A DNA stretch of 61,756 nt, the filler included. It is 5 parts of 5 records of this genome, joined end to end, with 100 filler letters (N's around TTAATTAATTAA, not from the genome) between each part and the next. Parts side by side here need not be neighbours in the genome. Positions count along the whole stretch, not along the records: positions 1 to 15,384 come from SRR20825019_2698; 4 more parts are not named here. One strand, 5' to 3'. Under the pieces are notes generated by a model. It saw nothing but the letters and a program-made list of their open reading frames with translations. It had not been told where the DNA came from and did not search any database. How positions within the stretch are numbered: position 1 is the stretch's first letter; every line of letters starts with the position of its first letter. This document shows, piece by piece, positions 1 through 9,868 of the stretch. The translations under genes were made by a program, and so were the position numbers.

Positions 1-570
1 TACGGCGGCGTGTTCACGCCGACGGAAGCGGCGGCCGCCGCCTGCGTTTACGCCATCATCGTCGAATGGCTGATCTACCGGAACATGAGCCTGCGCGAAT
101 TGCTCTCCGTCTCCCGCAGCTCCGGCATCGTGATCGCAAGCCTGCTGATCCTGATCGCCGTCGGCAGTGGCATGGGATGGTACCTCACCCTGCTGCAGGT
201 ACCCCAGATGATCAGCGGCGTTCTTGCGGGCATGCCCGGCTGGGCGGTGCTCCTGATCATCAACGCGATCTTTCTGGTCGCCGGCATGTTCATCGACCCG
301 AACTCGGCGATCATCGTGCTGGCCCCGCTGGTCTACCCGAGCGCGGTCGCGATCGGCGTCGATCCCACGCATCTCGGCGCGATCCTCGTCTTCAACCTGG
401 CGATCGGCATGATCTCGCCGCCCTTCGGGCTCAACATCTTCATCGGCACGGCGACGTTCCGGATAGGCTACATGGAAGTCGTCAGGAGCCTCATTCCGTT
501 CATCATTCTCGCGCTCATCGTGCTCGCCATCGCCACCTACATCCCGGCGTCGGTGATGTGGCTCGTATAG
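1..570 (+). CDS. dctM: TRAP transporter large permease (DctM), 5'-truncated
   Basis: YGGVFTPTEAAA and NLAIGMISPPFG motifs; polytopic hydrophobic protein; open from the window start. Confidence 0.92.
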   Translation, partial: YGGVFTPTEAAAAACVYAIIVEWLIYRNMSLRELLSVSRSSGIVIASLLILIAVGSGMGWYLTLLQVPQMISGVLAGMPGWAVLLIINAIFLVAGMFIDPNSAIIVLAPLVYPSAVAIGVDPTHLGAILVFNLAIGMISPPFGLNIFIGTATFRIGYMEVVRSLIPFIILALIVLAIATYIPASVMWLV

Positions 571-600
571 AGCGTCCGGTTTCAAAGGAAGGAAACAACA

Positions 601-1227
601 ATGGATTTCGGAGTAGACACGCCAAGGGCGGCGGTCGTCGCCATAGATCTGCATCGCGGTCATCTCGATCCGAGCGTCGCAACCATGCCGCTCGAAGCGT
701 CGAAGGCGGCGCGGATCGTTGAAAACAACCGGGTGTTTTTCGACAAGTGCCGGGCGGCAGGCATTCCGATCGTGCATCTCGTGACCCGCTACCGCGACGT
801 CGATGAGATCCGGTCCAACCCGTTCTGGCGCACCCGCGCCGACGATCCGAACGCCTCGCGCAAGAATGTCGAGCGCCACAACCTCGACGGCCTGCCCGGC
901 TGCGAGGTGATGCCGGAACTACTCGACGGTCGCGACATGATCGTCGACACCAAGAAACGCTACGACTGTTTCGTCGCCACCGATCTCGATTTCACGCTGC
1001 GCAAACACGGCATCAACACATTGCTGATGACCGGGGTCAACACCTCAAGCTGCGTTCTGGCAACCTCGATCCGCGCCAATGTTCTCGACTACGCCACCAT
1101 CTGCATCGAGGAATGCGTCGACACCATGGATGGTCCGGTACTGCACGAGGCCGCGCTGACCTGCCTCAAGGCCGCCTTCGGCTGGGTGATGAGCGGCGAC
1201 GAAGCGCTCGGCCATCTGGCCGGCTGA
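601..1227 (+). CDS. Isochorismatase-family cysteine hydrolase
   Basis: VVAIDL, TKKRYDCF and TGVNTSSCV give the Asp-Lys-Cys triad; RBS AAGGAAGG. Confidence 0.88.
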   Translation: MDFGVDTPRAAVVAIDLHRGHLDPSVATMPLEASKAARIVENNRVFFDKCRAAGIPIVHLVTRYRDVDEIRSNPFWRTRADDPNASRKNVERHNLDGLPGCEVMPELLDGRDMIVDTKKRYDCFVATDLDFTLRKHGINTLLMTGVNTSSCVLATSIRANVLDYATICIEECVDTMDGPVLHEAALTCLKAAFGWVMSGDEALGHLAG

Positions 1228-1257
1228 CTTCGAACGGACCGGCATAGCGGAAATTCA

Positions 1258-1284
1258 AAAAGGGGCGCTCGCGGCGCCCCTTTT
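1258..1284. terminator. Bidirectional intrinsic terminator
   Basis: AAAAGGGGCGC-TCGCG-GCGCCCCTTTT between convergent genes. Confidence 0.85.
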
Positions 1285-1304
1285 CATTGCTCTGGAGTTT
1301 CGGC

Positions 1305-3017
1305 CTATAGCGGTTTCTCCGACGCCTGGATCGTGATGTTGACCACGGCGCTTTGGCCGCCCTTCACCACGGAAAGCGCCTCTTGCAGCACCGGCTCAAG
1401 CTGGGCATAGGTTTCCACGCGGCCGCCCCATGCGCCGCAGGCCTCGGCGATCTTCTCGAAGGCGGGCGGGTCGGTCAGGTCAACACCGACATAACCCTCA
1501 CTCGCCTGAACACCCTCCGGAAAACTGTCGCGGGTGGCGAGGCGAACCGAATTGTAGCAGGCATTGTTGACGATCACGAACAGCACCGCCAGCCCTTGCG
1601 TCTTGGCCATCCAGAGCGCGGCGCTCGGAACGCCGAACATGAACGAGCCGTCCCCGGTGACGCAGACCACGGTCTTGTCCGGATCGGCAAGCTTGGCGCC
1701 GAGCGATGCACCCAGACCCCAGCCGAGGAAAGAGCCGCCATTGCGCATGTAAGTCCCCTCGCTGTTCGGCCGGAAGCCGAGCGCGAGCGGATTTCCGGAG
1801 GTGACCGCTTCCTCGTAGAGCTGTGCCTCGGGGCAGAGCTTTGAAAGCACCCGACCGACCATGAACGGGGTGATCGCATTGGCGCCGGAAGCAGCTTCCT
1901 GCGCATCGAGTTCTGCCATCAGGTCATCATGCCTTGAACGGGCAAGGTCCCTGCGCGCGTCCAACCGTTTCCGGTCTGTTTCTGTGGGCTCGTTCCGCTC
2001 GACCGCCTTCATCAGCGATGCGAGGCCGGCGAGCGTGTTGCAGGCCAGCACCTCGTCGGCGGGAAAGCCCCATGTCACCAGGTTCTGCTGGATCGGGTCC
2101 GGCCCCATATGGGCGATATGGACATCGTCACGCAGCGTCCGGTCGACGGGAACGAAGGGAACGTCGTGATCGATCACGAGGATAACGTCGGCATCCCCGA
2201 CCCAGGTTTCCGGGTTGAAGCCCAGATGCAGCGGATGCTCCAGCGGCGCGTTGAATCGGCCGCGATATTCGGTGATCGGCAGGTTCAGCGCCTCCGCAAA
2301 AGCCACGATCGCATCGCGATGGGTGCTGGTGCGACCACCATAACCGGTGACGAGCAACGGCGCTTCCGCCTGGACCAGACGGCTGACGAGCGCGTCGGCC
2401 GTCTCCTCGTCCAGCCCCGGAAGCCGCACGGGTTTGCAGCGGGCCTTGCCAAGCTGCATCTGGGTCGGCACTTCCTCCATCAGCGTCTCGCGCGGAAAGG
2501 CGAGATAGACCGGCCCTTCCGGCTCGCTGTTCGCCATCTGGAAGGCGCGATCCACCGCCGGACCGACAGCGGTCGCATGGGCGACGATCTGCTGCCATTT
2601 GACGTAATTGCGCACCAGCGCGCCCTGATCCGGCACATCCTGCAGCCAGTTGATGAATTTCGCCCGCGCGCCCGGCACGGAGGTGTCGAGCGAAAGCGGG
2701 CTCATGCCGGCGCACAGCACCAGCGGAATCCGGCTGGCGCGCGCGTCGTTCAGTCCGCCCGCCGCATTGGCCGTGCCGACATCGACATGCACGAACGCAA
2801 CCTGGGCCTTGCCTGTCGCCAGATAATAGCCCTGCGCGGCCGTGACCGCGACGATTTCATGGGGGCAGAGCACCAGTCTCGGCACGGCGACGCCCTCGCG
2901 CGACAGCTTCGCCCACGCCTCCTGCAGCGGCGGCGTATCCGTGCCGGGATTGAGAAAAATGGCCTCGCAGCCTTGTTCGACCAGACCCCTGAGGAACCAT
3001 TCCGCGACTGTGGGCAT
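1305..3017 (-). CDS. Thiamine pyrophosphate-dependent enzyme (acetolactate synthase/benzoylformate decarboxylase superfamily)
   Basis: NPGTD, CPHE (catalytic Glu) and GDGSF...NN TPP-binding motif; ATG at 3017 with AAAGGAG RBS. Confidence 0.9.
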   Translation of the reverse strand: MPTVAEWFLRGLVEQGCEAIFLNPGTDTPPLQEAWAKLSREGVAVPRLVLCPHEIVAVTAAQGYYLATGKAQVAFVHVDVGTANAAGGLNDARASRIPLVLCAGMSPLSLDTSVPGARAKFINWLQDVPDQGALVRNYVKWQQIVAHATAVGPAVDRAFQMANSEPEGPVYLAFPRETLMEEVPTQMQLGKARCKPVRLPGLDEETADALVSRLVQAEAPLLVTGYGGRTSTHRDAIVAFAEALNLPITEYRGRFNAPLEHPLHLGFNPETWVGDADVILVIDHDVPFVPVDRTLRDDVHIAHMGPDPIQQNLVTWGFPADEVLACNTLAGLASLMKAVERNEPTETDRKRLDARRDLARSRHDDLMAELDAQEAASGANAITPFMVGRVLSKLCPEAQLYEEAVTSGNPLALGFRPNSEGTYMRNGGSFLGWGLGASLGAKLADPDKTVVCVTGDGSFMFGVPSAALWMAKTQGLAVLFVIVNNACYNSVRLATRDSFPEGVQASEGYVGVDLTDPPAFEKIAEACGAWGGRVETYAQLEPVLQEALSVVKGGQSAVVNITIQASEKPL

Positions 3018-3128
3018 CCCATTTACTCCTTTGGAATTCACGCTCCGGAACGCACGGTGTCGGCGCATCCGGGGCATATGAAAATCGGTAAAGCCGGGCG
3101 CGGTTCATGCGCCCGGCTGATCACATCG

Positions 3129-4637
3129 CTATTGGGCAGCACCCGTTTCGAGCCTTGCCCGCGCCTGCCTGAAAAGCTTCACCTCACGCCAGACAGCGTA
3201 GATCAGGATCGCGATCGTCATGACGAGGAAGGCGCCGGAAATCGGCCGCGCGAAGAACATCGCCAGATCCGCATGCGGCAGCATCAGCGAGGATCGGAAA
3301 TTGGATTCGAGGATCGGGCCGAGGATCAGCCCCATGGCGATCGCCAGCACAGGAAAACCGCCGCGATGGCTGAGATAGCCGATGATCCCGAACGCGATGG
3401 TCAGCCAGAAGTAATAGACATGGCCGTAGGAAATCGCGGGCCCGGTGATCGAGATGATCAGGATGAACGGTATCAGCAATTGCTTGCGGATCGCCGCGAT
3501 CGCCGCGATCCACTTGGTGAAGATCAGGCCGAGCACGAAGATCAGCAGGTTCGACAGGATCATCGTGCCGAAAATGATGTAGACCAGATCGGCGTGATCG
3601 GCAAAGAGCGCAGGCCCAGGCACCAGGCCGTGCACGAACATCGCGCCCAAAAGCAGCAATGTGTTGATGTCACCCGGAATGCCGAGTGCAAGCAGCGGGA
3701 TCATGGTGCCGCCGGTGGAGGCGTTATTGGCCGATTCCGAAGCGGCCACGCCCTCCTCCGAGCCATGACCGAAAAGCTCCCGCTCCTTCGAAAGGCTCTT
3801 CTGGGCGTTGTAGGACAGATAGGAGGCGACCGTGGCCCCGGTGCCCGGCAGAATGCCGACCAGCGTTCCGATCACGCTCGAGCGCAGGATTGTCGGCGTC
3901 AGGCGCGGCATCAGCGGAAACGCCGAGCGCATATTGGAGAACCGGTTCTGTTCCGGCGGCTTTTCGCCGGGCTTCTCCAGCATGCGGAAAACCTCCGCCA
4001 CGCAGAACAGGCCGATCGTGGCGGGCACCAGCGGCACGCCGATCATCAGCTCGGTCATGCCGAAGGTGAAGCGCGGAAACGGCGTGATCGGATCGATCCC
4101 CATCGTCGACAGCAGCAGCCCGAGCCCTGCGGCAATCGCGCCGCGCGCAAGCGACTGCGAGGAAAATACGAAAACCACCGTGATGGCGAACAGGCAGAGC
4201 GAGAAATATTCCGGGCCGCCGAACCGCAGGGCGACCTGGGCAAGTTCAGCCGACAGGAAGATCAGGAACACGCAGCTTATGATGCCGCCGATGGTTCCCG
4301 ACAGGATCGAGACCCCGAGCGCCTCCCCGGCCCGGCCCATCCGCGTCAGCGGATAGCCGTCTGCAGTCGTCACGGCCGCGGACGGCGTTCCCGGCAGGTT
4401 CATCAGGATCGCCGGCACCGAACCGCCATACATCGAGCCGACATAGATGCCGAGGAGAAGCACGAAGGCGGTATCGGCCTCGAACGAGAAGGTGAACGGG
4501 ATAAGCACGCCGATTGCGATCGCCGGCGTCAGGCCGGGTATGGCGCCGACAATGATGCCCGCGAGCACGGCGAACACCATGAGCACCATGTTCTGCGGAT
4601 CGCCGAGCACCGAGAAGGACGCGAGAAACATATCCAT
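3129..4637 (-). CDS. tctA: Tripartite tricarboxylate transporter permease TctA
   Basis: GAIPGL, YGGSVPAILMNLPGTP and ESANNA...IPLLALGIPG motifs. Confidence 0.93.
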   Translation of the reverse strand: MDMFLASFSVLGDPQNMVLMVFAVLAGIIVGAIPGLTPAIAIGVLIPFTFSFEADTAFVLLLGIYVGSMYGGSVPAILMNLPGTPSAAVTTADGYPLTRMGRAGEALGVSILSGTIGGIISCVFLIFLSAELAQVALRFGGPEYFSLCLFAITVVFVFSSQSLARGAIAAGLGLLLSTMGIDPITPFPRFTFGMTELMIGVPLVPATIGLFCVAEVFRMLEKPGEKPPEQNRFSNMRSAFPLMPRLTPTILRSSVIGTLVGILPGTGATVASYLSYNAQKSLSKERELFGHGSEEGVAASESANNASTGGTMIPLLALGIPGDINTLLLLGAMFVHGLVPGPALFADHADLVYIIFGTMILSNLLIFVLGLIFTKWIAAIAAIRKQLLIPFILIISITGPAISYGHVYYFWLTIAFGIIGYLSHRGGFPVLAIAMGLILGPILESNFRSSLMLPHADLAMFFARPISGAFLVMTIAILIYAVWREVKLFRQARARLETGAAQ

Positions 4638-4650
4638 TGTTCAGGCACCT

Positions 4651-5157
4651 TTAGAAAATGGGAGGCAGATCGATGATCGATCCCCGCGGGATGCGCGCAT
4701 CCAGAATGTTGCCGAAGGCGAATTGCAGCAGCAGCGGCATGACGATCGCGATCACCAGCAGCTTGCCCCAGCCGAGCGAGCAGATGCGCCCGACCAGCAC
4801 GATCAGCACAAAGCCGGCGATTGCGAAGCCGACCAGTTGCATCAGAGCGGGAAACAGGACCGCCAGCGCCATGACGACAAGCACCCGCCATGCCGGCGAG
4901 GCCTCGCCCCTGACACCACCGCGTATCTGGCCGAGAAAATCGCGAAGGGTCTCGCCGAGGGGCTGATAAAGCCCGCGCGTCTTGTAAAGCCGCGCGAGTT
5001 CCGCCAGCGCCGCGATCGCGACAAGGCCGGATACGATGCGGGGGACGATCGCCGGACCGCCGGGGTCCGACATCAAGGTGGTCAACCCGAAACTGCCCCA
5101 GAAGAAGGCGATTGCAATGCCAAGGGAGGAAAGGCAGACGAGGCCGGCTGTGAACAT
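4651..5157 (-). CDS. tctB: Tripartite tricarboxylate transporter small subunit TctB
   Basis: 4-5 TM segments, GPAIVPR motif, C-terminal F..IL...IPRG, located between tctC and tctA. Confidence 0.82.
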   Translation of the reverse strand: MFTAGLVCLSSLGIAIAFFWGSFGLTTLMSDPGGPAIVPRIVSGLVAIAALAELARLYKTRGLYQPLGETLRDFLGQIRGGVRGEASPAWRVLVVMALAVLFPALMQLVGFAIAGFVLIVLVGRICSLGWGKLLVIAIVMPLLLQFAFGNILDARIPRGSIIDLPPIF

Positions 5158-5232
5158 GGCTGAATTCCTGGAAACGGTGTGACGCCGGAAGACGACGCCC
5201 GCCACGACGTTGGCGGCGGGCATCGCGCCTGA

Positions 5233-6198
5233 CTATTGCTTCATCAGTTCAACAACATGTTCCATCTGGCTGCTGGTCTCGAGCAGTTCTTCGCGATATT
5301 CCTCCGGTCCGCGCACATGGAGCGACAGGCCAACGGCCTCGAGATCGGCCTGGAAATCGGGGTTTTCACGCACCTTTTCCAGCGCGGCGATCAACGTCGC
5401 CTGCACCTCTTGCGAAGACCCCTTGGGCGTTGCAACGCCGTAGGAATGCTCCCAGACGATATCGTATCCGAGTTCCGATACGGTGGGCACATCCGGCAGC
5501 GCCTTCATCCGCTCCGCGCCGAAATAGGCGATGTAGCGCATGTCGCCGGACTGGACGTGGGACAGCGACTGTTTGGCGAAGCTTGAAATCAGGTCGATAT
5601 GGCCACCGAGAAGGGCCGCGTTGACCTGAGGCGTTCCGTCATGGGCAACGACATTGATGTCGATATCCGCAGCCTCGGCGAGCAGCACGAGCGGCTGATG
5701 ATGAATGCCGCCGATATTGGTCACGCCGATCGAAAGACCATCGGGATCTTCCTTGGCGAGGCGAATGAAATCGTCGAGCGTCTGGATCTCGCTGTCGGCA
5801 GGCGCGACAAGCACCGGCGCTTCCACCGCGAAACTGCCGAGAATGTCGAAATTGTCGACTTCGATGCCCGGCGTTCCAAGAGGCTTGTATTTCGGCAAGT
5901 CGCTGAGCGCGGTAGTCAGCGTGTAGCCGTCCGGGTCCCCATCGCGCGCCGTCATGTAGCCGATCGTGCCGGACGCGCCGGTGATGTTCTGGACGGTGAT
6001 CGACTGGCCGAGTTCCTGTTCATAGTATTTGGTGAAAATGCGGGTTGCGGTGTCGGCCCCGCCGCCGGGCGACCACATCAGGATCCAGTCGATGGCGTGA
6101 TCCGGATAGGCATCCTGCGCCTGCGCGGTGAAGCCTGTCGTAACGAGGGCAAGACCAAAGGTCCCAATGGCGCCGAGTGCGCGAAACTTCGAAAACAT
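5233..6198 (-). CDS. tctC: Tripartite tricarboxylate transporter substrate-binding protein (TctC/Bug)
   Basis: Signal peptide; YP...WSPGGGAD, NITGASGTIG and LPDVPTVSELG motifs. Confidence 0.92.
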   Translation of the reverse strand: MFSKFRALGAIGTFGLALVTTGFTAQAQDAYPDHAIDWILMWSPGGGADTATRIFTKYYEQELGQSITVQNITGASGTIGYMTARDGDPDGYTLTTALSDLPKYKPLGTPGIEVDNFDILGSFAVEAPVLVAPADSEIQTLDDFIRLAKEDPDGLSIGVTNIGGIHHQPLVLLAEAADIDINVVAHDGTPQVNAALLGGHIDLISSFAKQSLSHVQSGDMRYIAYFGAERMKALPDVPTVSELGYDIVWEHSYGVATPKGSSQEVQATLIAALEKVRENPDFQADLEAVGLSLHVRGPEEYREELLETSSQMEHVVELMKQ

Positions 6199-6299
6199 TT
6201 TCTATTCCCCTTTTTGTGCGTCGTTGAAGCGCTTTTTGCGGTTGGCCCAGAGACGGCCGATCGAGTGATATCCGTCCTGCTGTCGCAGGTTCGAAAATC

Positions 6300-6315
6300 T
6301 AATATCTAATATATC
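6300..6315 (-). promoter_or_regulatory. Putative operator, copy 1 (GATATATTAGATATTA)
   Basis: Exact 16-bp inverted match to 8644-8659; AT-rich patch upstream of tctC. Confidence 0.6.
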
Positions 6316-6368
6316 ACATATCGGAAAGGTGTCCAGCGCTTCGGCCTTCAACCGTCCGGCTACTTTCC

Positions 6369-7565
6369 CTATCCGTAAACAGCTTGGCTGAATGCGGCTG
6401 CAACCAGAGCTTCGGTCCGGTCGCCGACGCCCTGGCCGCCGCATTGGAAATTCGACTGGGCAGCGAAGGAAAGCCGGCGCTCGGGATCGACGAAGGCGAG
6501 CGTGCCGCCCGATCCGAAAAAGCCGTAGGCATCCATATTGGGGCCCATCGGCACCCAGCCGGGCTTGTTCTTGAAGAAACCGAGAGCCATGCGCAGCGGC
6601 CGCTCCAGAATTGCGTCGCACTCCGTCTCCCACTGGAGAACCTGCAACCGCTCGACAGCCTCGGGCGAAAGGATCTCGACCCCGTTCAACGTTCCGCCAT
6701 TTGCCAGTGCGGCATAAATCGTTGCCTGGCCGCGGGCATTGCCGTGCCCGCCGAAAGACGGAAGCAGGGCCGTCCTGACCTTCCCGGTATTCAACGCATC
6801 GGCGCCCCACGGTTTCGGCATCGCATTCCAGGCGCGCCCGATCGCCGAGCCAGGCATCTGCCCGCGCAGATACTGCTCATTCGGCGTCTCGGAGGGATAA
6901 AGGGTCGCCACACGGTGCAGATCCCCGGCCGCAAGCCCCATGTGATAATCGGCCCCGAGCGGTGCGCAGATAGTCTGCTGCAGGAACCGGTCGATCCTTT
7001 GGCCGGAGACATTTTCCACCAGCGTGCCGACGAGGTAACCGAAATTCGTGGTGTTGTAGGCAGGTTGCGCTCCGGGCGGCCAGGCAGGCTCCTGCAGTTC
7101 CAGTGCGTGCCGCATTCCGGCGAAATCGAAGACATCGCCGGTTCGGGCGTGATCGTTGAAGCACATGCCGCAGCAATGCGACAGCACATGGCGCACCAAT
7201 ATCCCGGCCTTGTCCGCCCCGCCGTCCAGAAATGCCGGCCAATAGTCTGCGACCGGGGCATCGAGATCGATCTGGCCGCGATCGGCCAGAATATGGATGC
7301 ACAGCGCGCCCATTCCCTTGGCCAGCGAAAACAGCACCGACACCGTGTCCGGCTTCCACGGGATCTGCCTTTCGAGATCGCTGAAGCCGCCCCAGAGGTC
7401 GACAACCTTCTCGCCCTCCTGAAAGATCGTGACCGCACCGCCAATCTCGCGGCGCGCCTCGAAATTCGTCCGGAATGCGTTGAGGACAGGGAGGAATGCC
7501 GGATCGCAGCGACCGGAGATCCGCCCTTCCCTTCCACGCACGATCGCGGGTTCGTCGATCTTCAT
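6369..7565 (-). CDS. Serine hydrolase, beta-lactamase/family VIII esterase type
   Basis: VVDLWGG, FSLAK (SxxK), VRHVLSH, WPPG...AY and GFFGSGG motifs. Confidence 0.9.
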   Translation of the reverse strand: MKIDEPAIVRGREGRISGRCDPAFLPVLNAFRTNFEARREIGGAVTIFQEGEKVVDLWGGFSDLERQIPWKPDTVSVLFSLAKGMGALCIHILADRGQIDLDAPVADYWPAFLDGGADKAGILVRHVLSHCCGMCFNDHARTGDVFDFAGMRHALELQEPAWPPGAQPAYNTTNFGYLVGTLVENVSGQRIDRFLQQTICAPLGADYHMGLAAGDLHRVATLYPSETPNEQYLRGQMPGSAIGRAWNAMPKPWGADALNTGKVRTALLPSFGGHGNARGQATIYAALANGGTLNGVEILSPEAVERLQVLQWETECDAILERPLRMALGFFKNKPGWVPMGPNMDAYGFFGSGGTLAFVDPERRLSFAAQSNFQCGGQGVGDRTEALVAAAFSQAVYG

Positions 7566-8584
7566 CAGAGCCCAAGCAAATCGGCGGCGTTGCCGTTCAG
7601 GATCCGGGCCTTGTCGTCATCGGTAAGCCCGGCGAGTTTTTCGACGGGCGTCCGGGGTTCTTCCAGCCCCATATCGAAACAGTAATCGCTGCCGAGCATG
7701 ATCCGGGCGGCGCCGACCTGCTCGACCAGAAAGGCGAGCGACTGCGCATCATGGGTGATCGTGTCATAGTAGAAACGGGCGGCGTATGCGCGCGGATCGG
7801 TCTTCAGATGTACGCATTCGGGCCGCACCGACCAGCCGTGGGAAATCCGCCCGAGCAGGAACGGCAGCGCGCCGCCGCCATGGGGCAACGCCACCTGCAG
7901 CTTCGGAAATTCATCGAGAACGCCGGAGAAGATCAGATGCGCGGCCGCAACCGCCGTATCGAACGGATTGCCGAGAAGGTTCGCCAGGAAATACCGGCTG
8001 AGCCGGTCCGACATGCCGAGCACCTTCAGGGGATGAAGGAAAACCGGCAGGCCAAGCTCCTCCAGCGCTGCATAGACCGGCCAGAACCTGGCATCGCCGA
8101 GATCGTCGTCATTGATCGCCGTTCCGAGATAGACGCCCCTGATCCCGGGAAGCTTCGCCACCCGCCGCGCCTCGGCGACGGCGCGCTCGGGATGCTGCAT
8201 CGGAAGCGTGGCAAACCCGAAAAGCCGCGACGGCGCCTTTTCATGCGCCTCGGCGAGAGCGTCGTTGAAGGTGTGTGACAGGCGGTCGGCGGTCGGCTCA
8301 TCGACCCAGTACACCATCGGCTGGGTCAAGGACAGGATCTGCTTTTCCACGCCCGCCCTGTCCATGTCGGCAATGCGCAGGTCGAGATCGATGAAGCGCG
8401 GCGCGATCGGCCCGGTGAAAAGCGGCCCGACCTTGATCGCCGGATGGTCGTGAAACGGGGCCACCTCCGCCCCGGCCTTTGCCGCCGCATCGATATAGAT
8501 CTCAGGAAAATAATGCGCGTGAATGTCGATTGCGCGGTGATCCGCACCGCATCCGCAGCCACAGCTCATGTCACTGGAAGCCAT
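7565..8584 (-). CDS. Amidohydrolase_2 family protein (ACMSD/decarboxylase-like)
   Basis: IDIHAH, PVFLHP, HGGGALPF, YYDT and MLGSDY metal-site motifs. Confidence 0.9.
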   Translation of the reverse strand: MASSDMSCGCGCGADHRAIDIHAHYFPEIYIDAAAKAGAEVAPFHDHPAIKVGPLFTGPIAPRFIDLDLRIADMDRAGVEKQILSLTQPMVYWVDEPTADRLSHTFNDALAEAHEKAPSRLFGFATLPMQHPERAVAEARRVAKLPGIRGVYLGTAINDDDLGDARFWPVYAALEELGLPVFLHPLKVLGMSDRLSRYFLANLLGNPFDTAVAAAHLIFSGVLDEFPKLQVALPHGGGALPFLLGRISHGWSVRPECVHLKTDPRAYAARFYYDTITHDAQSLAFLVEQVGAARIMLGSDYCFDMGLEEPRTPVEKLAGLTDDDKARILNGNAADLLGL

Positions 8585-8640
8585 CAATAATCCTTGTTTT
8601 TCAAGAGCAAGACCGACCAGAGTTGGTAAACCTACCTGTA

Positions 8641-8668
8641 TCCGATATATTAGATATTATATTTCGGA
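8641..8668 (+). promoter_or_regulatory. Putative operator, copy 2 (TCCGA...TCGGA imperfect palindrome)
   Basis: TCCGATATATTAGATATTATATTTCGGA about 55 bp upstream of the amidohydrolase start. Confidence 0.6.
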
Positions 8669-8990
8669 AACAGTTTGGTTAGTCAAGTCCGCACAGACAG
8701 CAAGGCGACAGCGAGGGATGAAGGACGACGGGGCGCAAAGCGGAAAGACAGTGCGCCGCCCCGGTGCCGGACAGGCCGGAAGACCCGGGCTGCCGCGACA
8801 CGCAGCGCCATTTCATCACGCCGAGCCGCCGGCCCGGCAGGAATCGCCGCTGATGCCAGCAGATCGGCCGGCGGGATCGACCGCAGCCATGAGGCATAAT
8901 CCTTTCATGGGACGCTTGCGCTCGCGCTGCGAGTGTCGGATATTCGCGGCAATGACCCGCCCGGCGGCGGGCGATTTCAGGAGGCGCCAG

Positions 8991-9344
8991 ATGACCATCC
9001 CATACCGTATTGCCATTCCCCTGGCCGCGATGCTTGCCTTGGCCGGTTGCCAGACGGCCGCGCCGGAGGGCCCGGACGAAATCATGCTCGATCAGGCTGC
9101 CCGCGCAGAACTCGGCGCCGCGGACTGCCAGTCATATGGCGGCCTTCGCGCCACGCGCCGCCTCACCGACGCCGCCGACGCGACATTCGCCAAGGCTCTC
9201 CAGTCGGGCGCCACCGAAGCCGACATCGACGCCGCGCGTCTGCGCGCGCGCCAGCAGGCCGATCAATACCAGACGCTCTATGGCAATAGCGGCGCCTGCG
9301 ACCGGTTGCTTCAATTCCCGGACGGCTATACGCCGCCAAACTGA
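8991..9344 (+). CDS. Small hypothetical lipoprotein
   Basis: AGGAGG RBS; MTIPYRIAIPLAAMLALAG-C lipobox. Confidence 0.75.
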   Translation: MTIPYRIAIPLAAMLALAGCQTAAPEGPDEIMLDQAARAELGAADCQSYGGLRATRRLTDAADATFAKALQSGATEADIDAARLRARQQADQYQTLYGNSGACDRLLQFPDGYTPPN

Positions 9345-9479
9345 TCGACGTTGAAGTCGGGGAACGAGAACCGAGTTGCAAATCGGGGGACAGCTCAAGG
9401 CATGTGGACCGAGCCGGGCGGGTCAGCCGGCTGCCACGAGAATACGTCAGATCGAATGGATAGAAAGCACTTTGATGTG

Positions 9480-9775
9480 AGAGCCGCAGCCCCATAAAGA
9501 CCAGAGACGATATCTCTTCCTTGCCAAGCACACGGCCCGCTTCGCGCGTGGTCTTTCCATGTCGGGCGTCCGGCCAGAAATCCTGTTTGCAGCTATCAAT
9601 CAGATAACGGCCGCGCTCGATCTCGTCAGCGGTGTATCCGCGCGCAGCCGGTGCCTTTGCGTGCAGGCTCACCTGAATATTACCGACTTATCCCGTCATT
9701 TCCAGAGCGTACGGGAACGCGGCGACGCCAGGAATAAACAACACCTCGCCGCAAAACATGGGCGATCATCGGCAT
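9480..9775 (-). pseudogene. Frameshifted N-terminal remnant of a DUF6538-type tyrosine recombinase/integrase (3' limit uncertain)
   Basis: MIAHVLRRGVVYSWRRRVP, then in the adjacent frame IQVSLHAKAPAAR; no catalytic domain visible. Confidence 0.55.
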
Positions 9776-9868
9776 GGGCTTCGGCCTCATCTGAAGCAGC
9801 CTGATGCCGTTTGTGATATAATCATGTGCGACACTGCGGTGTTCATGCGCAGGGAAAAAATGAAAATC

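Noticed and set aside
2109-4676. 855-aa plus-strand ORF and other long antisense ORFs (e.g. 10399-11850, 54370-56127, 58230-59864)
   Set aside because: They are shadow frames of well-supported GC-rich genes and have no recognisable motifs
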